From the NCBI GenBank assembly GCA_963696385.1, contig CAVOKF010000007.1, forward strand, positions 192,001 through 256,000: a DNA stretch of 64,000 bases. Direction: 5' to 3'. The position numbers and the translations under genes are program-made. Positions 32,660 through 41,868 of the stretch are shown piece after piece. The notes under the pieces were generated by a model. It was not told where the DNA came from. It made no database searches and worked only from the letters and a program-made list of their open reading frames with translations. Within the stretch, counting starts at the first letter, position 1; the number at the start of each line of letters is the position of its first letter. Origin of the DNA: an uncultured delta proteobacterium (GTDB taxonomy: Bacteria > Myxococcota_A > Polyangia > Polyangiales > Polyangiaceae).

Positions 32660-33502
32660 GTGACCCGTCTTGACCTCCCACGCTCACGCTTTGCCACGAT
32701 GGACGAGCCGTGGCTGGCGGCGCGTCGTCACTCTCGTTCGGCCTCTGAGCAGGTGTACGCAATCCTCGGACTCCTCGGAGCCATCGTAGTCGTCGTCCTG
32801 GGCGACGCCGCGGCTCGCGCTCAGTCCGGACCCGAAGGCGACGCCAGCGCGGTGGGCGCGGCCGATTGGCGTGAGCAGGTCGCTCGCCTCGAGGCCGGAT
32901 ACCGCGGCGTCGTCCTCACTCGGTTTGCGCCAGACGAATACCTTTCTGGCCCTTCGCTGACCGTTTCGCGCACCGTCTATGCGCAAGGCCCCTTTGCCTT
33001 CGCACCCGGCATTTCATGGGACTACGGTGCCGTCACCTTTGGCCGCATCAATTACGACTACGAGGCAACGGCGCTTCACGTAAACCGATTCATGCTGCCT
33101 CTCGAGGCACGCATGCACTTCGGGCCCTGGGGATACGTGTTTGCGCGCGTGGCCCCGGGTCTTGCATGGAATCATGCCGAAGCCCGTGAGTCGGTGACGG
33201 TCGACACACTCGCGGGCCCGGTCGTCATTGCGCCAGCGCCGTTGAAGACGTCACTCTGGGTGTTCACTGTGGATGCGAGCGCCGGCTATACGATCCCCGT
33301 TGCGCCGCTTCCCAATCGCCCCGGACGATCCATGCGAGTGTGGCTCCAGGGCGACGTGGGGTATTCGTGGGTCGCCAACGAGAATCTGATCCTCGCGCCC
33401 GCGACGTCGGTCGAAGAGCCCACGACCCCAGGTCTCGCCCTGTTGTGGCTCGGGGCTCTGCGTGGCCCATTTTTCCGATTTGCGTTCGCCGTCAGCTACT
33501 GA
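32660..33502 (+). CDS. Putative outer-membrane beta-barrel protein
   Basis: Signal-like hydrophobic segment, alternating beta strands, C-terminal FRFAFAVSY; start uncertain. Confidence 0.65.
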   Translation: MTRLDLPRSRFATMDEPWLAARRHSRSASEQVYAILGLLGAIVVVVLGDAAARAQSGPEGDASAVGAADWREQVARLEAGYRGVVLTRFAPDEYLSGPSLTVSRTVYAQGPFAFAPGISWDYGAVTFGRINYDYEATALHVNRFMLPLEARMHFGPWGYVFARVAPGLAWNHAEARESVTVDTLAGPVVIAPAPLKTSLWVFTVDASAGYTIPVAPLPNRPGRSMRVWLQGDVGYSWVANENLILAPATSVEEPTTPGLALLWLGALRGPFFRFAFAVSY

Positions 33503-33924
33503 ACGGGCTTTGAACAGACGCAGCGTCTTGGCTAGTTTGCCGATCCGCCGAAAATTCGCTGCGGGGGACAGCGCTGTATTCGCGCACGGTGTTCGCCGTC
33601 GTGGCCTTACTCGCCGCCGCAGGGGCCGACTGTTTCGCTCGCGACGGTCGTTGCACACACCGAGACCGCCTTGCTCCGACACGCACTCACCGTGCTGCAC
33701 CGGTCGGTCACCCGACCGCACGTGACGGGGCTCGACGGATCGTCCTAGCGGCACCCGCCGCCATCACGCCCACACGTTATCCTTGGAACGGCGAAGCGAT
33801 TGGAGCGTGTCGGCCGACGAGAGCCGAAACCGCGCCGTTGGGTGCCTGCCTAACGGCCGAGTGGTTACCAACCGCGTGAACGGATGGGAATGTTGCGCGA
33901 GAGCAAGTCGCAGGAGACGGACGG

Positions 33925-35562
33925 ATGAGCTCACGTGTTCGCGTCCTGATGGTTGGTTTGGGCTTGGCGAGCGCCGTCGTGTCGTGCGGATCGTCCGGCA
34001 ACGGCGCGGCCACGTCAGACGGTGGGTCGGAGTCGGCCTCCGCCTCGGCCGACTCCGACGGCAGTACCGGTACCAGCGTCATGCCCTCTGAAGCAACGTC
34101 GGACAGCGCCGCCCCCTCGAACGACGCGACGGCGTCGGACACCGTCGCCTCCTCGAGCGACGCCTCGGCGTCGGGTAGCTCCTCCTCCTCGAACAGCGCC
34201 GCTTCCTCGAACAGCTCCGCGTCGTCGGGTAGCGCCCCGGAGTCCGGCATCGACGCAGGAGCGGATGCGGTCGCTGCACCGGGGATCGATGCGACGACGG
34301 ATGCCCCGGTCCACGACGCGTCGGACCCACCAGACGTCTCGCAGAGCACAACCCCCGATTCTGCGCCGGCGCCCGCCGGGGGGGCGGCCTTGCTGGCCAC
34401 TGGCGATACCCGAAGCGTGACCGAACCCACTTATCCAGCCGTCTGCTCCACGCTAAGCGCACAGTTCACGATAAGCGATCGGAGTTCGCCTCCGAGCAGC
34501 GACGACACCGACCGGATCCAGGCCGCGTTGACCGCGTGTGAGGGGACCGGGCAAAGCGTCGTCCTCGCGATGTCCGGAACGAACGACGCGTTTTACTCGG
34601 GCACGCTCACCGTCAACGGAGAAGCCCTCGTCGTCGACGCAGGAGTGACGCTCTTTGGAAACAACAGTTACACGGGCGAGCTCCTCGCCATACGAGGGGT
34701 GAACTCCGCTCTCATGGGACCGGGCTCGGTGGATGGGCGGGGAGATCTCATCAGCGGCATCCCGCGCCTGATTCAGGCCAGTAATATCACCAACTTTACC
34801 GTATATAACGTGACGATCGAGCACTCGGGGAAGGAGCACCTTTATGTTCAGGGCGGAAACGGCTTCACGGCATGGAATCTGACGGTCGCGACACCCGCGA
34901 ACACCAAGAACACGGACGGGATCGACATCGACAGCCTCACGAATGCCACCGTCTACGGCTCGTCGATTTCGGATGGGGATGACGGCATTGCCATCAAGAC
35001 GAACGCGGCCGCCACGTCGAATATCACCGTCGAGAACAACACATTCCACGGCACGCACGGCATGTCCATCGGCAGTCAGACGTTCGACGGCGTCGTCAAC
35101 GTACTCTGGAAAGGCAATACCGTGTACGGCACTGACCCATGGGGGAACACTTCGACGAACAACAACGGCATCAACATCAAGACGGATGTGGACTGCGGCG
35201 GAACGGTTCGTCAGGTAACTTACCTGGACACGTGCATGACCGGGGTGAAGCATCTTCTCGTCTTCAACACCAGCTACGGAAGCTGCACCGGCACGATGGG
35301 CACCCCGTACTTCACGGACATCGTCGTCGATGGGGTATACGGAACGGACTCGGCCTCGGGCGCCTATTCTGAATTCGAAGGATACAGCGCCGCCTTTCCG
35401 CTCGGCCTCACACTGGAAAACGTGAACCTCGATGTCACGACGCAGCAAAACTCGCAGTACGCCAACGTCGCCCTTTACCAATCCAACCTCATTCCGTCGG
35501 GAACCGGCGTAGTGACACAACAGCGTACGGGAAGCGGGTCCGTCCCTACGTGCTCGTTCTGA
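33925..35562 (+). CDS. GH28 polygalacturonase lipoprotein with Ser-rich linker
   Basis: Lipobox VVSC; NTDGID, GDD, HGMSIGS and a NIKT variant of RIK. Confidence 0.9.
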   Translation: MSSRVRVLMVGLGLASAVVSCGSSGNGAATSDGGSESASASADSDGSTGTSVMPSEATSDSAAPSNDATASDTVASSSDASASGSSSSSNSAASSNSSASSGSAPESGIDAGADAVAAPGIDATTDAPVHDASDPPDVSQSTTPDSAPAPAGGAALLATGDTRSVTEPTYPAVCSTLSAQFTISDRSSPPSSDDTDRIQAALTACEGTGQSVVLAMSGTNDAFYSGTLTVNGEALVVDAGVTLFGNNSYTGELLAIRGVNSALMGPGSVDGRGDLISGIPRLIQASNITNFTVYNVTIEHSGKEHLYVQGGNGFTAWNLTVATPANTKNTDGIDIDSLTNATVYGSSISDGDDGIAIKTNAAATSNITVENNTFHGTHGMSIGSQTFDGVVNVLWKGNTVYGTDPWGNTSTNNNGINIKTDVDCGGTVRQVTYLDTCMTGVKHLLVFNTSYGSCTGTMGTPYFTDIVVDGVYGTDSASGAYSEFEGYSAAFPLGLTLENVNLDVTTQQNSQYANVALYQSNLIPSGTGVVTQQRTGSGSVPTCSF

Positions 35563-35844
35563 CACGAGCGCCGCTGAGCGTGCGCGTGCTCGGTGCGATG
35601 CTTCACGACCTTCCCGGTTCGAGCCACGGGTAGCGACGTCGCTCTCCTCGCGTCCGCTCGGCGAGATGAGCGAGGCGGCGCACCCCGACGCGCTACTCGA
35701 GGCGCTGCCGCTCGACCAAATCTGCCTTCCGGCCCGTCCAGAGACAGGCGGGAAGCGCTGCAACGCTTCGCTCGACGATCGACCTCCGGTCGATCGCGAA
35801 TGCACCTGAGCGTATGGTAGCCTCTAGGAGGCCGAATCGCGTGG

Positions 35845-36636
35845 GTGCGCATGTCCAGGGACTTCTCCACGATCTCGCCTTCGGCGAAGTCGCTGCTCAT
35901 GGTGAAAGCGCAGACGTCGCTGCCCTTCGCGCGCCAAGCCGCCGAGCTTCTCTGCGGCGCAAGCGCCGTGGAGCAGGCCGCGCGCGAGATGGCCTCGACC
36001 CCCTGGGGCGTCGGCAGGACGCACCACTTCGAACGGCGTGCTCGGAGCATCGATGCAGCCATCGAGGGGCTCGGCTCGACGCGCATCTTGGAACTCGCCG
36101 CCGGCCTCTCCTTTCGCGGGCTGGACATGGCTGCACGGCGCGACCCCGTGTTCTACGTGGACACGGACCTGCCCGAGATGATCGCGATGAAGACGGACCT
36201 CGTGCGGCGCCTGCATCCTGAACCGCTTCGGGGCACGCTCCTCGTGAAACCGTTGAACGCGCTTGATGCGGACGCGTTCCGCGCGTGCGTCGACCTGCTG
36301 CCCGCCGGCCCCATCGCCGTCGTGCAGGAGGGGTTGCTCATGTACCTCGACGACGCGGAGAAGGCAGCACTCGCGGGACATGTGCGGGCGGCTCTGCTTG
36401 CATGCGGTGGCTCGTGGGTCACCGCCGACGTGTACGTGCGCAGCGCGGTTCAGCCGCAGCGAGACGAACGCGCCGCCAAGTTCCTGGAAGCGCATAAGGT
36501 CGAGGAGAAGAAGTTCGGCGACTTCGCAGCCGCGAGCACATTCTTCCAGGCGAACGGATTTGCGGTCCTCCAGCGTCTCGCGCCGGCAGCCGACCCATGG
36601 CCAGTTCGCCAGACGTGGGTGCTCGAAGCGAGGTAG
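35845..36636 (+). CDS. Class I SAM-dependent methyltransferase (LCM-like)
   Basis: ILELAAGLS, YVDTDLP, EGLLMYL, WVTAD. Confidence 0.85.
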   Translation: MRMSRDFSTISPSAKSLLMVKAQTSLPFARQAAELLCGASAVEQAAREMASTPWGVGRTHHFERRARSIDAAIEGLGSTRILELAAGLSFRGLDMAARRDPVFYVDTDLPEMIAMKTDLVRRLHPEPLRGTLLVKPLNALDADAFRACVDLLPAGPIAVVQEGLLMYLDDAEKAALAGHVRAALLACGGSWVTADVYVRSAVQPQRDERAAKFLEAHKVEEKKFGDFAAASTFFQANGFAVLQRLAPAADPWPVRQTWVLEAR

Positions 36637-36798
36637 CGGCCGGCCGCGCAGCGCATTGGGGGCGTTCGTTGCTCTCGCGGGGGACACCTTCCACGCTTCA
36701 GCGTGCAAGGCTCAAATCGGTTCGCCGTTTTAGCTTTAGCGACAACGAGGTACAGGCCCACCCCATCGCTTCGGGATGCCACCTGCTAGCCTTCTTGA

Positions 36799-37644
36799 AT
36801 GCGTCTTGCCCTTTCCTTCTTTGCGGCAGCCGCCGTGCTTGCGGGGTGCTCGGCCTCGCCCGGCCCGCCGGCCGAGACCGATTGCAACCCGCTCGCAACA
36901 CACCCCACCACGCTGGCGACGATCTTGGGCGTGGGCAAGGATCAAGGCGGCACGCTGTATGCGGCGGATCAAGGCGGGGTCGCCGCCGAGCCATCCATTG
37001 TCCGGGTGTTCGTAGCGAATGCGGGTTCGCTCGTCCGTCAGGACGTGATTGGGGCTGGCTCCATCGGGAGCAGCGAGGATATCGAGACATTCGAGAGCCC
37101 GGACGATTTGACACCACCACGGGATCTCGCCATTCAAATCGCAGGCGACAAAGCCACGTCCATGACGCTCGGCCCCGAGGGCTCCGCCAAGGCTGACCTC
37201 GAAGGAATCGACGCAGGTGCAGCCATGGCACTCACCCTCGTCGCCGACGACGCCGTGCAGGGGCTACCCGCGATTGATTTGCCGGGGGCCGTGAGCTATG
37301 TCGCGGACGCCGCCGATGGGGAGGCCATCGTCGTGACGGCCCCGCTGGAAAACGATCTCGGGAGCGCGGCGTTCCATCTTTTCTACGGAACGCCGGGCGC
37401 CATGGTTGAGCGACGCATCGTAGATTTCGACCAGTCGCTCAGTGGCTATCCAACGATACGGTTCGCCGTCGGATCCCAGACCTACGTAATGGCCATCTCG
37501 TCGGTTCCCTTCGACGGTGGCTTCGGGGAGGCCCCCGGGCCCGTAACCCTCGTCACCGGCGACGGCGGCGGCGTCACATTCACCCTGCGCCTGCCGACGC
37601 CAACGACTCTCGCCAGCTTCACCTTCACCTGCCTCGAGAACTAG
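36799..37644 (+). CDS. Hypothetical lipoprotein
   Basis: Lipobox LAGC; 281 aa with natural codon bias. Confidence 0.75.
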   Translation: MRLALSFFAAAAVLAGCSASPGPPAETDCNPLATHPTTLATILGVGKDQGGTLYAADQGGVAAEPSIVRVFVANAGSLVRQDVIGAGSIGSSEDIETFESPDDLTPPRDLAIQIAGDKATSMTLGPEGSAKADLEGIDAGAAMALTLVADDAVQGLPAIDLPGAVSYVADAADGEAIVVTAPLENDLGSAAFHLFYGTPGAMVERRIVDFDQSLSGYPTIRFAVGSQTYVMAISSVPFDGGFGEAPGPVTLVTGDGGGVTFTLRLPTPTTLASFTFTCLEN

Positions 37645-37711
37645 TGAGCGTGGTGATCCGAGAGTGAGCTTCTTGTACGTTCTCGGGCGGTAAGGACGGG
37701 CGCCAGCGGCA

Positions 37712-40711
37712 ATGACCCCTTCGCAATGGCCCTCCGGTCCGCTCCACCCGGCTCAGCGTCGCTACCTCGCCGAGGACCTCATGCGGCGCCGGCGTTCCGA
37801 CGAACAGCGGCGGTACGCTGCGCCGCAGCGCGCGGCGAAGATCGACGCGAACCCGCACCAGGTCGCAGCCGTCATCTTTGCTCTCGCGCGCGTTCGCGAA
37901 GGGGGCTGCATTTTGGCCGACGAGGTCGGGCTCGGTAAGACGATCGAAGCGGGTCTCGTCATCGCCCAGCTCCTCGCCGAAGGCGCCCGTCGCGTCCTCT
38001 TGGTCGCGCCCAAGCCGCTTCTCGGGCAGTGGGGGCAGGAACTGTTCCAGCTCTTCGACATCCAGGTGCGAGAAGGACAGGCGCGGCCGGGCGGGTTCGA
38101 CGGGGATGGAGTATTTCTGGTGGGCCGCGAGACCGCCGGCAGCGAGAGAGGACGCGACGCTTTACTGGCCGCCGAGCCTTTCGATCTGTGCGTCATCGAC
38201 GAGGCACACGAGATCTTTGCCGGAGTCTACAAGCGCTTCGACAAGTTCGGCGCGTACGTCGACGATGCCCTTCAGGCCCGAACGGCCGGGCGCGTGCGCG
38301 AGACCCTGCTTGCGTCACGCACGCCCGTCCTGCTGCTGACGGCGACCCCGATTCAGAACAGCCTGACGGAACTCTGGGGACTCATTCAATACGTGGATCC
38401 CCTGGGAACCCTGCTCGGAGATCTGCCGACCTTCCGGGCCGTTTTCTGCGGGGCCGACGATCGCCACCTCGCTCCGGGCCAGGAGCAAGAGCTGAGAAGT
38501 CGGATCCGCGGGGTCCTGCAGAGGACCTTGCGCCGTCAGGCGCAGGATTTTCTCGAGAAACCGTTCGTCAGTCGGGAGGCGCGGTTGTTCGAGTACGCGA
38601 TGAGTCCGAGAGAGCGCGGACTCTACGACGACGTGACCCGCTATCTCTTGCAGCCCGGGATCCTGGCGTTCGAGGGGAGCCACCGGCAGCTGCTGCTTCT
38701 TGGGTTTCACCGACGGATGGCGTCGTCCACGCGGGCGCTCGCGGCGAGTCTCGAGCGCGTTGCGGCTCGCCTTCGCCGGATGCTCGCAGGTGACGACACC
38801 CCGAGCGGAGCCGACGAGGATCTTCGCAGTGTGGTCGCCGACCTGGAGGGCGAAGACCTCGACATTCGGGACGAAATCTCGGCGAGCCCGAGCGACGTGG
38901 ACTCGAGAACGCGCGCTCCGGACCCGGAAGCGGTCCGTCAGGAACTGCACCGCGTCGAGAGCTTCATCGAGCGCGCCCAGTCGCTCGAGGGCGAAGACAG
39001 CAAGTTTCGAGCTCTCCTCCAAGCGTTGCACTTCGTGACCGAGCGAGCCGAGAAGGGTCAAGGCACCGCCAAGATCGTCATCTTCACCGAGTCGCTCGTC
39101 ACCCAGGACTACTTGCGCACTCGTCTGATGGAAAGCCGTTTGGTCACCGATGCCGAGATCACCCTGTTCCGGGGCACCAACGACTCCAAACGCGCGCAGG
39201 CCGCGCTCGAGCGATGGCGCCAGGAGGTTCCGCAAGACGAAGGACTCCATCCAAGCCTCGACATCGCGACGCGGCTCGCGCTCGTGCACGAATTCAAGAC
39301 GCGCCCGAAGGGCGTCTTCATCTCGACCGAGGCGGGCGGCAAGGGACTGAACCTGCAGTTCTGCGACACGATCGTGAACTACGATTTGCCGTGGAACCCT
39401 CAGCGCATCGAGCAGCGGATCGGCCGCTGTCACCGCTACGGACAGCAGAGCGGCGTGACGGTCATCAATTTCCTCGCCAAGGACAACGAAGCGCAGCGGC
39501 TCACGTTCGAAATTCTCAGCCAGAAGCTCGAACTGTTCGGCACCGTGCTCGACGCGTCCGACCAGGTGCTGCACCGGTCCGACGCGGCTCGGGGCGAAGT
39601 GCTCGTCAGCGCGCTCGGCGCCGAATTCGAAGCGGAGTTGCGTCGGATCTACGAGCGGGCCCGGTCGCTCGACGAGGTCGCGGCGGAGCTCCGTGCGCTG
39701 CGCGACCGAGTGGCTGAAGAGCGCCGGCGCTTCGAGGAGACGCACGATCGCACCGCCAGCCTCATCGAGGAGCATCTCGACGAGGATCTGCGGCGGGTTT
39801 TCCGTTCGCACAAGCAGGACTTGCCTCGCGCCCTTGCGGATCTCGACCGACATCTGCTGACGGTCGTGCTCGGGTATCTCGACAGCACGTCGATTGCCTA
39901 CGAGCGCGTGAAGCTTGGCGAGGACGATCTGTTGCGCATCGGGCCGGATCCGAGTCTACCGAGCGACTTGTGCGAGGGAATCACCGCGGCCGTCGGCGCT
40001 TCGAAGGAACACGCCTCGCTGCACCTGCGCCACCCCCTGGTCGTCGCCGCCGTGGCCGAGGCGCGTGCATCGACGTCGCCGATGGCGGCGACCGTCGCTT
40101 TGGCCCGCGGCGCGCCGCAGGCTTTGCGCCGGCTTGCGGGCAAACGCGCGCGGCTGCGACTCGTCAAGGTGTCCTTCGATGGCTTCGAGTCCATCGAGCA
40201 GCTCGTGCCGGTCGTCGTACTGGAGGGCGGCGAAAGGATCGGCGTCGCCGAGGGCGACGCGTTGCTGCGAGCGAGCATGCGGGAATCCGTCGTGGCCAAC
40301 CTCTCGATCGAAGAAGACATGGTCGCGGATGCGACCGACGAAACGCTCTTCGATCTTCTCTCGTCGGTCGACGCCGCGGAGCACGGGCGATTCGAAGGCG
40401 CGCAGCGGCAGGCCGAGCGCTTTCTCGACGATCGGCTCCTGGTGCTGCGCAGACGCCGGGGGATTCTCGCGGAACGGCTCAGGGAGGCGAAGCGCAAGCG
40501 AGACGGTGCGACCGGGTCCGAATCGCGGTCGGAGGCAGAAGTCGCTCTCGCGGCCGCCGAGGTCGCGCTCGAAGAGGTCGAGGCCGCGATCGATCGGCTC
40601 GAGCAGCATGACGACGACACGTTTCGAGCGTTCCAAGAACACATCCATCAGCGCCGCTATTCGCAGCCGCGCGTGGACCACCTTTTCGATCTCGATCTGG
40701 TGATCGAATGA
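37712..40711 (+). CDS. SNF2-family helicase/translocase with C-terminal coiled coil
   Basis: ANPHQ, ADEVGLGKT, VIDEAH, LLTATP, IFTES, GLNLQF, NYDLPWNPQRIEQRIGRCHRYGQ. Confidence 0.95.
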   Translation: MTPSQWPSGPLHPAQRRYLAEDLMRRRRSDEQRRYAAPQRAAKIDANPHQVAAVIFALARVREGGCILADEVGLGKTIEAGLVIAQLLAEGARRVLLVAPKPLLGQWGQELFQLFDIQVREGQARPGGFDGDGVFLVGRETAGSERGRDALLAAEPFDLCVIDEAHEIFAGVYKRFDKFGAYVDDALQARTAGRVRETLLASRTPVLLLTATPIQNSLTELWGLIQYVDPLGTLLGDLPTFRAVFCGADDRHLAPGQEQELRSRIRGVLQRTLRRQAQDFLEKPFVSREARLFEYAMSPRERGLYDDVTRYLLQPGILAFEGSHRQLLLLGFHRRMASSTRALAASLERVAARLRRMLAGDDTPSGADEDLRSVVADLEGEDLDIRDEISASPSDVDSRTRAPDPEAVRQELHRVESFIERAQSLEGEDSKFRALLQALHFVTERAEKGQGTAKIVIFTESLVTQDYLRTRLMESRLVTDAEITLFRGTNDSKRAQAALERWRQEVPQDEGLHPSLDIATRLALVHEFKTRPKGVFISTEAGGKGLNLQFCDTIVNYDLPWNPQRIEQRIGRCHRYGQQSGVTVINFLAKDNEAQRLTFEILSQKLELFGTVLDASDQVLHRSDAARGEVLVSALGAEFEAELRRIYERARSLDEVAAELRALRDRVAEERRRFEETHDRTASLIEEHLDEDLRRVFRSHKQDLPRALADLDRHLLTVVLGYLDSTSIAYERVKLGEDDLLRIGPDPSLPSDLCEGITAAVGASKEHASLHLRHPLVVAAVAEARASTSPMAATVALARGAPQALRRLAGKRARLRLVKVSFDGFESIEQLVPVVVLEGGERIGVAEGDALLRASMRESVVANLSIEEDMVADATDETLFDLLSSVDAAEHGRFEGAQRQAERFLDDRLLVLRRRRGILAERLREAKRKRDGATGSESRSEAEVALAAAEVALEEVEAAIDRLEQHDDDTFRAFQEHIHQRRYSQPRVDHLFDLDLVIE

Positions 40712-41868
40712 CCGGCGGCGGGGAGGACGACATCGTGCTGAAGCTTCTTCACACTGCAGACTGGCATCTGGGCAGGCGGTTCCGCAGCTTCCGGGAGGAC
40801 CAGGCCATCAAGCTTTCGAGGGCCCGGCTCGATGTTCTCGACCGAATTTTCCTTGCGGCCGAGCGCTCCGCGGTCGACGCTGTGCTTTGCGCCGGCGACC
40901 TGTTCGACGAGCCCAACCCGGAGCCGGAGTGGTGGGAGCAGGTCGCGCTGCGGCTGGAAAAGCGCAAGTGGGACCATCGTCCCGTGTTTCTCTTGCCCGG
41001 CAACCACGATCCGCTCGTTGCCGACTCGGTCTGGGCCAAGGAGGCCTTTCGCAAGCGTCTGCCCGAATGGGTCCACATCGTCGACCGGGAGGACTTCGAG
41101 TTTCCGCTTTCGAATCGCGCCGTGCTCTACGCGGTGCCCTGCGCATCCCCGGCTGGGGCGCGCGACCCGACCCAGTCCATCCCCCAACGCGCGCCCGGCG
41201 ACGATCGCATCCGGATCGGCATGGTGCACGGCAGCACGTTCGACGCGAACGACTGGCAGCGCAATTTCCCGATCGCGGCCGATGCGGTGCTGTCCCGCGG
41301 TCTGGACTATCTCGCGATTGGCGACACGCACGGATTTCGGTTCGTTCCGCCCGACCGAAAGCATCCCCCGACGATCTACCCGGGCACCCCGGAGCCAACC
41401 GCTTTCGACGAGAAGGATCCGGGCTCGGTCGCCGTGGTCTTCATCAACCGGCAGCGGCTCGCCACGGTGCGGGCCGAACGCGTCGCGCGCTGGACGTGGG
41501 AGGAGGTATGGGTGCGCTCGCCCGCCGAAATGCGCGCTCTCGGCAAGCGAACGGATTTGGCGGATCGGGTCCTCCGGCTCCGCGTCGAAATGCGGGTGTC
41601 GGCGCCCGAGTACGAGGAGATGGAGCGGCTCTTCGAGGATCTTCAGGGAACGATCGCCAGGAGCGGCACAGTCGGCGTTTTGGACCTCGATCGGCAAGGC
41701 CTCGAGCTCGAGACGGCAGACGTCGAACGCTACTGCGACGACCTGCCGGACGTCCTGCAGTCGACGGTGCGAAGGCTCAAGATCGCGGCCGACGACCCGC
41801 TGCAGCGGTCGGTCGCGCAGCGTGCGCTTTATCACCTCTACCGGGTCTCTCGGAAGAAGGCCTCCTGA
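40708..41868 (+). CDS. Mre11/SbcD-like metallophosphoesterase nuclease
   Basis: LHTADWHLG, AGDLFD, LPGNHD, MVHGS, YLAIGDTH, YPGTPE. Confidence 0.93.
   Translation: MTGGGEDDIVLKLLHTADWHLGRRFRSFREDQAIKLSRARLDVLDRIFLAAERSAVDAVLCAGDLFDEPNPEPEWWEQVALRLEKRKWDHRPVFLLPGNHDPLVADSVWAKEAFRKRLPEWVHIVDREDFEFPLSNRAVLYAVPCASPAGARDPTQSIPQRAPGDDRIRIGMVHGSTFDANDWQRNFPIAADAVLSRGLDYLAIGDTHGFRFVPPDRKHPPTIYPGTPEPTAFDEKDPGSVAVVFINRQRLATVRAERVARWTWEEVWVRSPAEMRALGKRTDLADRVLRLRVEMRVSAPEYEEMERLFEDLQGTIARSGTVGVLDLDRQGLELETADVERYCDDLPDVLQSTVRRLKIAADDPLQRSVAQRALYHLYRVSRKKAS

Noticed and set aside
33500..33920. Possible riboswitch or ncRNA in long intergenic gaps (also 28300-28780 and 32300-32650)
   Set aside because: No recognisable conserved motif by eye; an Rfam/Infernal scan would be needed
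34000..34260. Low-complexity TCC/TCG-rich tract
   Set aside because: Encodes the Ser-rich linker of the GH28 lipoprotein
40887..41867. N-terminal 327 aa extension of the SMC ATPase (1440 aa ORF)
   Set aside because: Arg-rich shadow frame of the nuclease gene; the true start is the coupled ATG at 41868
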